Numbered from the stretch's first letter, positions 26,801 through 34,239 are shown. The stretch is 64,000 nt of DNA from an uncultured Bacteroides sp. (GCA_964644355.1 CAZXUW010000001.1:4461-68460), one strand, 5' to 3'. Notes: generated by a model not told the origin, from the sequence alone. Program-made: numbers and translations.

Positions 26801-28344
26801 GGAAGCTTGCATCCTTCACAAAAGAGGCAGCAACGCTCACAATCACGTTGCCTGAGGTCACGGGCGTAAGCGTCGGCTCAAGCGAGGAGAACGTCTTTAC
26901 GTATAGCTATGGCGTCAATTGGATCAACGAGGTGCTCCGTGGCGAACTTGCGACTGACGAAGTGAGATTCCTCATCAACGGTGTTGAGAGCGAAGCAATC
27001 AACGCAGGCATTTACGAGGGCAAGATCATCCTCAAGCGTTATATCAACGCAAACGGTGACTTTGTGTCACAAGAAAACAAGGATAGCAACGGCTACTTTA
27101 TCGAGTGGACAAGCGGTGAGACAAACGTCAAGATCACCATCAACAAGCAGACAATCCACCTCACGGCAAACGGCATGAGCGTTTACTATGACGGAAGCAA
27201 CCAAAGCTATTCCACAGACAAGATTTTAAGCACTGAAATCAAGGATGAGACAAGCTTCGATAAGCTTGAAAATGGCACTGATTACACCATTTCTTACGAG
27301 TTGCTCGACACAAAGACGAACAAATATACAAGCATCAGTGCAAGCGACGTCAAGAATGCAGGCAAATATCGTGTCACGGTGGCATTTACAGATGCGTTTG
27401 AAACACGCCATCCCAACCTTGCAAAGGGTGCAAGTGTCAAAGCAAGCATGGACATCATCAAGGCAATCATCAATGTGACAATCTCAACGGATGGCTTCAC
27501 GGGCGGCAGTGCAATGATTGACAATGCAAAAGTGACGTCACTCTCTCAAATGTTCGATTCAAATGCAAGATACGAGATCGGCTACACCGTCGCAATGGAC
27601 GAAAAGAGCAATGCCGACAGTATTGCAGTTGACAAGTCACAAACAAAACTTGTCGTCAGCAAGAACGGAACAAGCATGAGCCTTGATCAAATCAATGAAG
27701 CAGGCAAGTACACGTTTGCAATCGTGCTCAATGACGAGTCACTTGACGCAAACAACTACACAATCAACGGCGGTGCAGGCGTGCTTGAACTCAAGGTCAA
27801 CAAGATCAACGATGCAAATGGCAACGCACTCGACTTGGGTGAGGGTACAATCACTGCAAATAGACTTGTTGTCAAGGAGATCGCAAACGGCACAACGCTC
27901 GCAACCGATGCTGCATATCTTGAAACAATCAAATCACACGTGTCATCCTTGAGCAAGCAAGCAGGCTATGCAACGGATGCAAGAGTGTCTGCAGTCTACA
28001 GAGTCACACTCTATTGCGATGACAGAATCGTCACGCCGGACGGAGATATCACCGTGTCCGTTGCAATGCCCGACACAATCGACGGCATGGACGGCATAGT
28101 GCTCTACACGGTCACGGAAGACGGCGGTTTGCAAAAGCTCACCGACTACAGAGTTGAGAATGGCAAGATTGTTTACACCACCGATTACGTGAGCGGAATC
28201 GTGTTTGTGGACACCAATCCTGAAGCACTCGCACCGTGGATAATCTACACAATCATAGCAGTGGTATCCTTTGTGGTGCTCGTGGTGGTGGCAACCGTGG
28301 TTGCAATCGTCATCCGCAAAGCTCGCCTCAAGAAGCTTGATTGA
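17815..28344 (+). CDS. Giant (3509 aa) membrane-anchored surface adhesin with MBG/YDG-type repeat modules
   Basis: ATG 17815 follows GAGGTGGAA. Signal peptide is MRNKSMSSSRSIARFMILALCFVMMFTLSFAL. There are repeated ~90-aa modules with YGE/YG..P and Y-D/N-G cores (KTYGEDDSVYG, KYYDGTTAV, KQYDNTNKL, DREYNGNETV, KIYDATSAI, DKIYDGSADAV, KQYDGTAKF, VYYDGSNQSY). A single C-terminal TM helix (PWIIYTIIAVVSFVVLVVVATVVAIVI) is followed by RKARLKKLD. Confidence 0.85.
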   Translation: MRNKSMSSSRSIARFMILALCFVMMFTLSFALIEQLQNGVVGAAGTINVYDADSYTGVNIQPDNNGLSAYNTGLESIMMGTSSADAKTEWSVGDITFNDWEFKKSDFSYASENSKVKSMDVSQITQGGSTVTIINSPLDGNDSVVFVFNVALPSYLQKMLTGNEEFSLTFDAEINVCRGQDGTTDWKRAMAKIGASSEPISATNNNHNAITGADVGGKKRHDNLGYQWNETQKGYSNGSWKESAWGSAFKFSSETFVLNKQTPNIYVCIGIGDRSGCNVAFKDFKLTNVKIKKTTVADSESVSRVDGASPVVKSQYDTAVTDSFAPYRTTTQSTEDWTVWYSSIVNKLSRATDKVNNGVGSLASYTNQDLGTIGTGNNKYYKKSSITYQDAYNYLSGKVYQLESYESDKENGTAVKNKLAQEIDINYASGIKQVVVGDQYQNMDSEATDKTEGAVFRLYEFQKDSEGNYISQGKSIYVEGKIVGWAVVSKNNRAEVVVDTYMYTNATVITRVSDYGNIANTWKITYSGIDTEGPNVETNVASENYIGTNIDNIDWYRNETLSAECGIDSTEDSSDASFSPYIWFYNVERSDTGRFNSNIAEYDYLDIKTLGILPIECGDSISSFNYDFKNGLASALGSTQGPISGEAKGAGFYRFTFYMFDLAGNKGGYSTCVMKVDYEDVEYSLNLSYGSGDSKVNIVPSNTKVEDLKANEVLNGAWATSDITLKIKINQYNTESADSFVGFSGYTLSFVIADEKYAFVVDGYGTHRNDIIGITKDEYETVFMQYLSPMSSSAIAVSNNKHTIDVQTDIGTLPVEVEYNPTEREFAFTIKAVEGKNFAWTTTFDTNPGCYNRIGDIEDLNGYVNASWNRGVQMLLDCTSPETPVMMDDESAEQLYINSLGSYDSLPQDRVWFTESLKSYPAIIEFFDDIIDSDYASGVNVYYGFKVVKTLDELKALGEQKIEDLIASKSFDGMQSYFNKSDVKNGYNFDSKSTELEIDLIPGQDAGMRVFYVWAEDQAGNKSAVNTYYVLADVNQYTISATAKSNSAFAKGSANISFTGADGVATTTFKRGETVVLSLGLMDGYSPFYLSLNGTKLLENYMPNADDNTGAYIWSQIAGTTAYVSTDDYSIVNYTVDDSQTLGKLDSKQKFEFAPRKVVGYTITSNKVGYTAEPTNVKNQVVFDDIATKDVYEVRYLDGSGNVLYATKDGYTTDITKAEGYSTDPETSNPKLFVPTNVGNYKVALFIDKNNETYVDGRFAMNDSGEQVLSGADFAIIKGTAVITATPSTSVYGEGYTFKYAVSGITESELIKDLKKAGILADDQSIIDKLALNVSDWNSSIVYNVGAYQIVCKIALNNVSDNYDVIYEDATYTITQREVYVYALGGEKQYKQVDPDLKFGVSKTAFSVDTLAGIFAGYRQDTQATADSSEYVVYYADGRLARESGEVVGKYSYINTASRFDVNSNYRIVLQTTNTFEIKQRVVTLDASGQSSVYPYGTMVSEKLAEINPIYRLSASDEAIADEIAELLKSLTLDSTAITLDSTGYDSVTGYGFVLTADETANLKLVVDPTAQYVIYVTEENTIIIRAKAGVTFASVYGLVSSENFALPYSADKFEIVGTPSGEYTSIAWTANIGVASKLVGAGNYVVTFSDAKLMNGETALADSVVVEKVVYTVNPANVVIKPVVQNTAKTYGEDDSVYGIDFEIVSIEGITPEEFATAISMDVSELKNVIVGAYSRAIFDKNGNKLDYATRYDSATANDVIIGTDGRYYGIAVANSFGSSNPNFSVEVSLDDELKLAINAKEIAIHTKDLVGISKYYDGTTAVHYGTISMYNIASYLARTMDDVALSAEAVYGSQGSASTYTTTHIEMNGFKLVGDDAHNYVLANIVNDGVNSRVGSYSDGNFVTLEGSEIAVGESVVVRIFFIDNTSNAEQICINMGFIGIVKSDITITKQYDNTNKLDVSNISFKNGAGTSLVANNKNMILVSELSGVFSGRDVGTNYLISKVTVFLPFNEDDLDGIDVKGVTSDDEYYDPQVQVTKTTYTDANGVEQHGVMITIYSVGATITKRVLNADSFTSITAVDREYNGNETVGINYQLADGALGKGDEKSLELVLEGTIDSKNAGRHTVKSFAVKELSDKANYTVDLDSIASRFSSVEAEISKATLVPIVTFEEKIYDATSAINVTSIARTTSGVKFYFTTAYADELQAELGCVSFDTSKVSFTLSLNGKANADVQANGKHNVLVSGMEIIFTGTSAQKADFMQNFKLAGSRYSSLDNKYVAITDVSEGAIADFELLDFVELKQKEIKLTSNDFKIADKIYDGSADAVITIDIKKDAEGNQRLALDEHEGLLEVVANGRFESRLARDNSKVIIDKDSIELRVKSGTDGASIIGNYKLVLTYDPEVYGNIKPRPVGVSASFGTQEYNSQENVKNVSYTLDGVLEADKRKLTVRTVGGAYFDDKNVALDVDGNIIAKNGTAYGVELSNDLASNYTATIKSATEIAGRKLVAYVKDNGDWVYKSAVASEDEGKVANYYYALETTQKYILASSTDKLASAIADNAIVGFNIIGGKDVYMLASDYTGDEYTGEGSYYDGELAEALAYVYGEGTVTKRVVRISSSGIQKAVDSLAFTKQYDGTAKFTGVNGIDYFVTSAAVSNVIEGDEVLIESVTAMYESVRVGSTNVVFTISGITGKDRSNYTEVGTASLSVRLSATITPMTIDAQLADAQRVYGSNETPSNVVYSINGSELIKDGKLFYMNYKEWLVATGFIADVASSVDEADKVYVESESMLARRYNLVDGAFVADNAGEYIRMGGSNDTITELPKARAQFTSTKPNAGTTAESYTLTSGKAANYVFNPIYTHGDTSTLEVVKKDIYIVTETKDFAKTYGSANPEIKLSVLDASGANGFASNDQWNTIFKVGSVDYGPVAKVGIFNRTTGKIVKTDDMAKISAALGDDEVYVFYLEAPTGANYSSIANYTIHYQDIDGVSKDGNSNAVWKLASFTKEAATLTITLPEVTGVSVGSSEENVFTYSYGVNWINEVLRGELATDEVRFLINGVESEAINAGIYEGKIILKRYINANGDFVSQENKDSNGYFIEWTSGETNVKITINKQTIHLTANGMSVYYDGSNQSYSTDKILSTEIKDETSFDKLENGTDYTISYELLDTKTNKYTSISASDVKNAGKYRVTVAFTDAFETRHPNLAKGASVKASMDIIKAIINVTISTDGFTGGSAMIDNAKVTSLSQMFDSNARYEIGYTVAMDEKSNADSIAVDKSQTKLVVSKNGTSMSLDQINEAGKYTFAIVLNDESLDANNYTINGGAGVLELKVNKINDANGNALDLGEGTITANRLVVKEIANGTTLATDAAYLETIKSHVSSLSKQAGYATDARVSAVYRVTLYCDDRIVTPDGDITVSVAMPDTIDGMDGIVLYTVTEDGGLQKLTDYRVENGKIVYTTDYVSGIVFVDTNPEALAPWIIYTIIAVVSFVVLVVVATVVAIVIRKARLKKLD

Positions 28345-28356
28345 TAAAACAAAGTC

Positions 28357-28395
28357 AAAAATCACGCATTGCACCCGCAGTGCGTGATTTTTGTT
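28357..28395 (+). terminator. Rho-independent terminator
   Basis: ATCACGCA (28361-28368) pairs with TGCGTGAT (28381-28388), followed by TTTTGTT. Confidence 0.7.
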
Positions 28396-28559
28396 GTCAT
28401 CATCTATGCAAAAAAGACCAAATGAAAACAATTCAATCACATACAATATATAACAAATTTTAACCAATTTTGCAGTTAAGTTGTGTTTGCAAATGTAATG
28501 TGATAATATAATATAAAATTAATGATATTATAATATATCAATTTATAAAGGTGCTTAAG

Positions 28560-31500
28560 ATGAATAAACAATTCTTCAAGAAGTTTAGTGCAATTCTTGC
28601 TATCGTCCTTGTGATGATAGTAAGCATCTCAATGTTTGTAGCTTGTGACAAAATAGTGATCACCGGCAAAACGGATACTCAAAAGGTTGCTGAAGCAAAG
28701 TCTGCTCTTGTTCTTGGCAAGACAACTTATGCTGATAACTTTACACTTCCTACAAGTGGCAAAAATAATGCTACCATTTCATGGACTCTCAAAGAAGCGA
28801 GTGAGTATTTGTCAATAAGCGGAGCAAATGCAACTGTTATAAAGCCAGAAACCGAACAAGAGATTACACTTATTGCAACTATAGTTGTCGGGAAGGCAAG
28901 CGACACAAAAGAATTTGATATTATAATCACTGCAACCAGTGTACCTATTCAGACACATACGATTGTTTTTAACGAAACATCTCTTGTGACAATTGCCGTT
29001 TCAAACGGTGATATTCCTGTTGCAAGCGGAAGCGCACTTGCAAGCGGAACAGTTCTTACAGTTAAAGTTACACTTAAAGATTCAACAAATTACGAAGTAT
29101 CAAAGGTGTTGCTCAATGGGCAAGAGTTGTCTCAAAGTGATGGTTCATATACGTTCACTCTGGATGAAAATTCAACGATTACAGTTGAGACAAAATCGTT
29201 GTCCACAGACAATATTGGCACAACAGCCAATCATCCATATTCTGTTGCGAAAATTATTGAGTGGACAAATAGTCTTTCACTTAAAGATGGTGAATACACC
29301 GATAGCAAGTATTATTTGAGAGGTATCGTCAAGAGTTTTGAGGCTGGAGATTCAACGAAATATGTAAAGAATGTTTATCTTGTTGATGAAGCAGGCTCCT
29401 CCACCTCTTTCTTGGTTTATTCTTGCGATTTCACAAGTGAAGTGGCAAGTGTTAACGTTGGTGATACAGTTGTTGTATATGGTGCGATAAAGAATTATCA
29501 AGGCACCATTGAGATGTCAAATGTTCGTGTTGGTGACACGCAGATACATTCTTATCCCGAGTTTATTTCCAGAGAAGAAGGTCTTGGTCTTGGCACTATC
29601 AGTATCGGCACAGCCCCCAATGCGGATGTTGTTATAGGTGAAAATCAAACATCCGGCAAGAATGGCACGACGTTTACATTTACTGTTACACCGGACAAAG
29701 GTTATAAAGTCACAGCTGTTAAGGTCAATGGCGTAACGGTATCTGCAGATGATGACGGCGTCTACATCGGCACAATCAACGGAAACACAATCATAACCGT
29801 TTCAACAAGCAAAGAAGGTTCTTCGTCAACCGGTGGCGGTTCGGTTTCTTCCAATGCAAATTGGGCAACTGATTATAACGGATATTACAAGAGTTTGGTT
29901 GGAAACACCTCAACAGGTGCAGCATTCAGAAGTGCGCTTGCAAGCATTGTGAAGAGCACTTACAAGGAAACTTCAACGTATAGCGGACTTACAACATATT
30001 TTAAGCAAACCGACGAAGATCCGAACAACCCATCAAATATGATTTGGTGGTATTCAGGAACGTCGGTATCAAAGAATATCGGTACAACCAACCGTGAACA
30101 CGTGTGGCCAAAGGACGGCGGAAAAGCTTTCCCTGCAGAACAAGGTCCAAGCCGAGATCTTCACCACATGCGTCCTACCGATACGACTTTGAACTCCTCA
30201 CGTGGCAACAATAGCTTTGCCGAAGTGACTGGTGGAAAAGAAGTTAAACAAAACGGCATTACAAATTATACAAGCGCAATCAATGGTGGCAGTGGTGTGT
30301 GTTACACAGGCAACTCATATTTCTATCCGTCTGCAGGAATGCGCGGTGCAACTGCAAGAGTGCTCATGTATGTTCAACTCATGTGGGGTGATGAGTATTC
30401 ACTCAAATTTGTGGAAGGCGCAGGCAACTGCAAGACAATAGGCGATATAAAAACGCTTATGAAATGGCACCTTGAAGAGCCTGTATCCGAGTTTGAAAAA
30501 ATAAGAAACGAAAGAGTTTTCGGCATCCAAAAGAATCGCAATCCGTTTGTCGATTATCCTGAACTTGCAGAGAGAATTTTCTGCTATGATGGTCAATCAT
30601 ACAACAACGCACTTCTTGAAGTTGTCAATGAATACAAAGGTGCAACAAACACGGACATTGAAAGCATTACTCTCAGTGCATCATCAGTGCCGGTAGGCGG
30701 TTCTGTGGGCTTGAACGCAACTTATTCACCAAGCAATGCAAATGCAGACGTTACTTGGTATTCAAGCAATCCTGCTGTGGCAACTGTCGATGCGTATGGC
30801 AGAGTGACTGGTGTTAGCGTTGGCAAAACGACTATAACAGTTATGAGCACCAAGAATACAAGTGTCTATGCATCTGTTGAGATCAATGTTGTTTCGATTT
30901 CATCAATACAAGTTATTGGTGTGCCAACAAAAACTGCTTATGATGAGGGCAACAAGTTTAATCCTGCAGGTTTGAGTGTAAAACTCATTTATTCAGATGG
31001 AAATACCGGTGTTGCCGACGTTGAAAACTGTGAATGGCTTGACGGATTAACAGGAAGAGATACCTTGTCGGTTGGCACAACAACCGTCACGTGCAAGTAT
31101 GGCGGTTTGCAATACACTGTTTCTGGTATAACCGTAAGCAAGATGCAAGGAAGTGTGATTACACTTACAAGAACGTCAGTGTCGTGGGCGGGCAAGTATG
31201 ATTGGTGTACATGGACAAGCGGTAATGTGAGTGGAAAGGTGTATGGCTATGGTCAAAACGCCTACAATGCAATTCAGCTGAACAAAACAAAAGATTATTG
31301 TTATTTGATCAACACTACGGCATTGCCAAACATTACAAAAATAAAAATAACAACAGCGGAAGGTTGCAGTGCTGTATTCAGCATTCACACGTCCTCAACA
31401 CCTTTTGATACAACTTCAAAACCATATCCGAAAACAGGTACGTCACACGGAGAAAAAACTGTAACGAGTGACGGAACAACGTGGACTTTTGAAAATCTTG

Positions 31501-31589
31501 GCACAGAACAATATTTTGCAATAAACTACGTGTCAAGTAGTGTTAATGCAATGTATATTACAAGCATTGAAATAACTTATGGCAATTAA
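28560..31589 (+). CDS. Surface lipoprotein with an endonuclease I (EndA/Bsn-type) nuclease domain plus Ig-like (Big_2) and repeat domains
   Basis: ATG 28560 gives MNKQFFKKFSAILAIVLVMIVSISMFVAC (lipobox). The nuclease core is NREHVWPKDGG..RDLHHMRPTDTTLNSSRGNNSF (EH..P / DLHH.RP....N..RGN). Big_2-like sequence: ITLSASSVPVGGSVGLNATYSP..VTWYSSNPAVATVDAYGRVTGVSVGKTTITV. Confidence 0.8.
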   Translation: MNKQFFKKFSAILAIVLVMIVSISMFVACDKIVITGKTDTQKVAEAKSALVLGKTTYADNFTLPTSGKNNATISWTLKEASEYLSISGANATVIKPETEQEITLIATIVVGKASDTKEFDIIITATSVPIQTHTIVFNETSLVTIAVSNGDIPVASGSALASGTVLTVKVTLKDSTNYEVSKVLLNGQELSQSDGSYTFTLDENSTITVETKSLSTDNIGTTANHPYSVAKIIEWTNSLSLKDGEYTDSKYYLRGIVKSFEAGDSTKYVKNVYLVDEAGSSTSFLVYSCDFTSEVASVNVGDTVVVYGAIKNYQGTIEMSNVRVGDTQIHSYPEFISREEGLGLGTISIGTAPNADVVIGENQTSGKNGTTFTFTVTPDKGYKVTAVKVNGVTVSADDDGVYIGTINGNTIITVSTSKEGSSSTGGGSVSSNANWATDYNGYYKSLVGNTSTGAAFRSALASIVKSTYKETSTYSGLTTYFKQTDEDPNNPSNMIWWYSGTSVSKNIGTTNREHVWPKDGGKAFPAEQGPSRDLHHMRPTDTTLNSSRGNNSFAEVTGGKEVKQNGITNYTSAINGGSGVCYTGNSYFYPSAGMRGATARVLMYVQLMWGDEYSLKFVEGAGNCKTIGDIKTLMKWHLEEPVSEFEKIRNERVFGIQKNRNPFVDYPELAERIFCYDGQSYNNALLEVVNEYKGATNTDIESITLSASSVPVGGSVGLNATYSPSNANADVTWYSSNPAVATVDAYGRVTGVSVGKTTITVMSTKNTSVYASVEINVVSISSIQVIGVPTKTAYDEGNKFNPAGLSVKLIYSDGNTGVADVENCEWLDGLTGRDTLSVGTTTVTCKYGGLQYTVSGITVSKMQGSVITLTRTSVSWAGKYDWCTWTSGNVSGKVYGYGQNAYNAIQLNKTKDYCYLINTTALPNITKIKITTAEGCSAVFSIHTSSTPFDTTSKPYPKTGTSHGEKTVTSDGTTWTFENLGTEQYFAINYVSSSVNAMYITSIEITYGN

Positions 31590-31612
31590 TTGAAAAAATC
31601 AAACGCAAAAAG

Positions 31613-31635
31613 GCACGCTAACAGCGTGCTTTTTT
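31613..31635 (+). terminator. Rho-independent terminator
   Basis: GCACGCT (31613-19), loop AAC, AGCGTGC (31623-29), then TTTTTT. Confidence 0.8.
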
Positions 31636-31683
31636 CGTGTTTGAGGCGGTGTGGGCGGTTTTGGAGTTGATTGGATATTTAGC

Positions 31684-31712
31684 TTGAAAAACCATATCGG
31701 CAGTGGTATAAT
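31684..31712 (+). promoter_or_regulatory. Sigma-A-type promoter of rpiB (extended -10)
   Basis: TTGAAA (31684-89), 17 nt, TGgTATAAT (31704-31712). Confidence 0.6.
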
Positions 31713-31739
31713 GTTCTATAGAAATATGCGAGGTGACGT

Positions 31740-32183
31740 ATGAAAGTTGCAGTCGGTTGCGATCATGGTGGATATGTTTTGAAAGATGCCGTTGTATCTA
31801 CACTCAAAGATTTGGGTGCAGAGGTGGTGGATTTTGGGTGCTTTGGCACGGAGTCTGTGGATTATCCCAAGTTTGGCTATGCGGTGGCAAATGCCGTTGC
31901 AAGCGGACAGTGCGACACGGGTGTTGTGATGTGTGGCACGGGTATAGGCATTTCGATTGTGGCAAACAAGGTCAAGGGCATACGTTGCGGACTTTGCACC
32001 AATGCGTTTATGGCGGAGATGACCAAACGTCACAACAATGCCAACGTTATTGCTCTTGGTGGCAGGGTTGTCACGCCAGACGAGGCAAAAGACATTGTCA
32101 AAGCTTGGTACACTGCAGATTTTGAGGGTGGTAGACACCAAAATAGACTGGATATGATAAAAGAGATAGAAAAGAACAATTGA
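31740..32183 (+). CDS. rpiB: Ribose-5-phosphate isomerase B
   Basis: 147 aa. MKVAVGCDHGGYVLK.., CGTGIGISIVANKVKGIR, and ..NNANVIALGGRV are typical RpiB/LacAB motifs. Confidence 0.92.
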   Translation: MKVAVGCDHGGYVLKDAVVSTLKDLGAEVVDFGCFGTESVDYPKFGYAVANAVASGQCDTGVVMCGTGIGISIVANKVKGIRCGLCTNAFMAEMTKRHNNANVIALGGRVVTPDEAKDIVKAWYTADFEGGRHQNRLDMIKEIEKNN

Positions 32184-32209
32184 ATGCAAAGGATTGTGCG
32201 GAGATAGGT

Positions 32210-33487
32210 ATGAAGGATTTGTTTGTGTCATATTGCAATGACGATATAATCAAGGTGAAAAGCGTTGTGAGAGCACTGAAGTTTTATGGTGCGGAATGTT
32301 GGTTTCAGGACAGCGACAGCAATCAAGAGTTTCCAGAAGCCATCATAAAAGGCTTTGAAGAATCGTCAAATTTTGTGGTGTTTCTTTCCGACAGTAGCAT
32401 CAAATCAATGTACGTGCTCAACGAGATCAAGATTGCCATAAGTAAGCACCAAAAGGAAAGCAGTTTTCACATCGTGCCGGTGATTATCGGTGATTGCGAT
32501 ATAGATTCGTATGATTTTATGAAAATCAACGTGATGATAGGAAGCTTCAATTTCTTGTTTGAAAAAAAGTTTGAGAATGAGTACGATTTGGCTTTGAAAA
32601 TTTTGGATCAAGCAAATATTGAAAACAATATCACCGATAGCGTCAACAGCATTTATGACGGTGCAACGGATATTGAAAAAGAGAGACTTGCATCCCAAAA
32701 TAGATTTTTGAACCGCATTGTCAAGGGATATTTTGACGAGATATTTGACAATTTGCACTCACCATGCGTGTTGGACGTCGGTTGCTCTGACGGCAGTAAC
32801 GTTGTCAACAGGTTGTCGGACAGAGATTATTCTCAACTTGTAGGCATTGACAACAATGCGATTGATTTGCAAAGTGCTATTGACAATTTGCAGGACGACA
32901 AACACCACTTTTTCAACGTGGATATCACCGCCGATGATCTCGAGGAGCAATTGCAAAGCATTTTGCAGGAAACAGGCATAAAGCAGTTTGATCTTATCCA
33001 GTTTTCCGCAGTGCTCATGCACACCAAAAATCCCGAGCAAATACTTGCCACTATGCGTAAATTTTTGTCCAAAGGAGGATATATTTTCATCCAAGAGGAG
33101 GATGACGGCGTAAATTTGGCATACCCCAATTCCGACTTCTTTGACAGCTGTTTTTACCTTTATATGCACTCCAAAGAGTCCGGAGACAGACATATGGCAA
33201 GAAAGATCCCTTCCTTGCTTAAAAACAGCGGATATGGTGACGTGTCCTTGAAGTCAACAGCAATTTCATCGATTGATTTTGGCGGAGAGGAGAAGGAAAC
33301 ACTGTGGGATATGTATTTCAATCCGACCTATTGGAATGCATCCGAGGCAAAATTCTTTGATAATATCAAAGCAGTGGATGCGTTGGAAAACGCCAAGAGA
33401 ATGCACGACGACAAAAAGAGTGCCTATATGCGTGACGAGATATTCGTTATGTTGGGAGTGTTTTTCTTCACGGCAAGAAATCTGTAA
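32210..33487 (+). CDS. TIR-domain / class I SAM-dependent methyltransferase fusion protein
   Basis: ATG 32210 lies 7 nt after GGAG (alternative TTG at 32180). The N-terminus looks like TIR_2: DLFVSYCNDD, GAECWFQDSD, SSNFVVFLSDSSIKSMYVLNEIKIA, HIVPVIIGD. The C-terminus carries MTase motifs: VLDVGCSDG (I), LVGIDNN, FDLIQFSAVLMH, KGGYIFIQEED. Confidence 0.75.
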   Translation: MKDLFVSYCNDDIIKVKSVVRALKFYGAECWFQDSDSNQEFPEAIIKGFEESSNFVVFLSDSSIKSMYVLNEIKIAISKHQKESSFHIVPVIIGDCDIDSYDFMKINVMIGSFNFLFEKKFENEYDLALKILDQANIENNITDSVNSIYDGATDIEKERLASQNRFLNRIVKGYFDEIFDNLHSPCVLDVGCSDGSNVVNRLSDRDYSQLVGIDNNAIDLQSAIDNLQDDKHHFFNVDITADDLEEQLQSILQETGIKQFDLIQFSAVLMHTKNPEQILATMRKFLSKGGYIFIQEEDDGVNLAYPNSDFFDSCFYLYMHSKESGDRHMARKIPSLLKNSGYGDVSLKSTAISSIDFGGEEKETLWDMYFNPTYWNASEAKFFDNIKAVDALENAKRMHDDKKSAYMRDEIFVMLGVFFFTARNL

Positions 33488-33523
33488 TATAGCCGTTACA
33501 TTTATAGTTTGTTCAAAAAATAA

Positions 33524-33565
33524 ATAGAGGCAAAACGTCAACAATATAGCACGTTTTGCCTCTAT
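33524..33565. terminator. Bidirectional terminator between the TIR-MTase gene and queH
   Basis: A 14-bp stem: ATAGAGGCAAAACG (33524-37) pairs with CGTTTTGCCTCTAT (33552-65). T-rich sequence lies downstream and an A-run upstream. Confidence 0.8.
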
Positions 33566-33594
33566 CAATTTTGTGTATTTTTGTTTTGAAAAGA

Positions 33595-34239
33595 TTATTT
33601 TGACAAAGAAAAAGCGCAACCGCAATAGGCTTGACGATAGATGTTCCACTCCTTGCAAAGCTGAATAGAGCGAAGATATCCGTCTCGCTTTTTGAAGTTT
33701 GACGAGAGATAATTTACGCCGTATTTTTGAGCGATTTTTTCTCCTATTTCATTTATGAGTTGTGCGTTTTTGTGAGGACTCACTGTCAAAGTTGTTGCAA
33801 AAAAGTCGTATTTTTGAGCGTTTTTTTGCATAAAATCGGCACATTTTTCAAGGCGAAAATCAAAGCAAATCGAGCATCTGTCACCGCCCTCGGGGCAATT
33901 TTCATAGCCATCGACAAGTGACAAATATTCATCTGCACTTTGCGTGGGCACAACAAGCTTTACGTTGTCAAAGTGCGAAATCACGTCTTTAAGTGCCTTT
34001 TCACGCAAGATAAACTCCTCATTTGGCATAATATTGGGATTATAGAAAAACACCGTGATGTCAAAATACGGCGTGAGATACTCAAGCACACTGCTTGCAC
34101 AAGGCCCGCAACAGGCGTGCAGAAGCAAACTTTTGCGAACGGTGTCGTTTTTTGCTTTTTCAATCTCGTATTCAACTGTCCCGACAAGTGGCTTTTTCAT
34201 GTTTTCAGTATAATATGTTAAGATATTTTCCGCAACCAT
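33595..34239 (-). CDS. queH: Epoxyqueuosine reductase QueH (DUF208)
   Basis: LLLHACCGPCAS..FFYNPNI.P..E...R and the C-terminal ..QAYCGC.FS are the QueH Cys motifs. The start is uncertain (34239 or 34200), and no SD precedes either. Confidence 0.8.
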   Translation of the reverse strand: MVAENILTYYTENMKKPLVGTVEYEIEKAKNDTVRKSLLLHACCGPCASSVLEYLTPYFDITVFFYNPNIMPNEEFILREKALKDVISHFDNVKLVVPTQSADEYLSLVDGYENCPEGGDRCSICFDFRLEKCADFMQKNAQKYDFFATTLTVSPHKNAQLINEIGEKIAQKYGVNYLSSNFKKRDGYLRSIQLCKEWNIYRQAYCGCAFSLSK

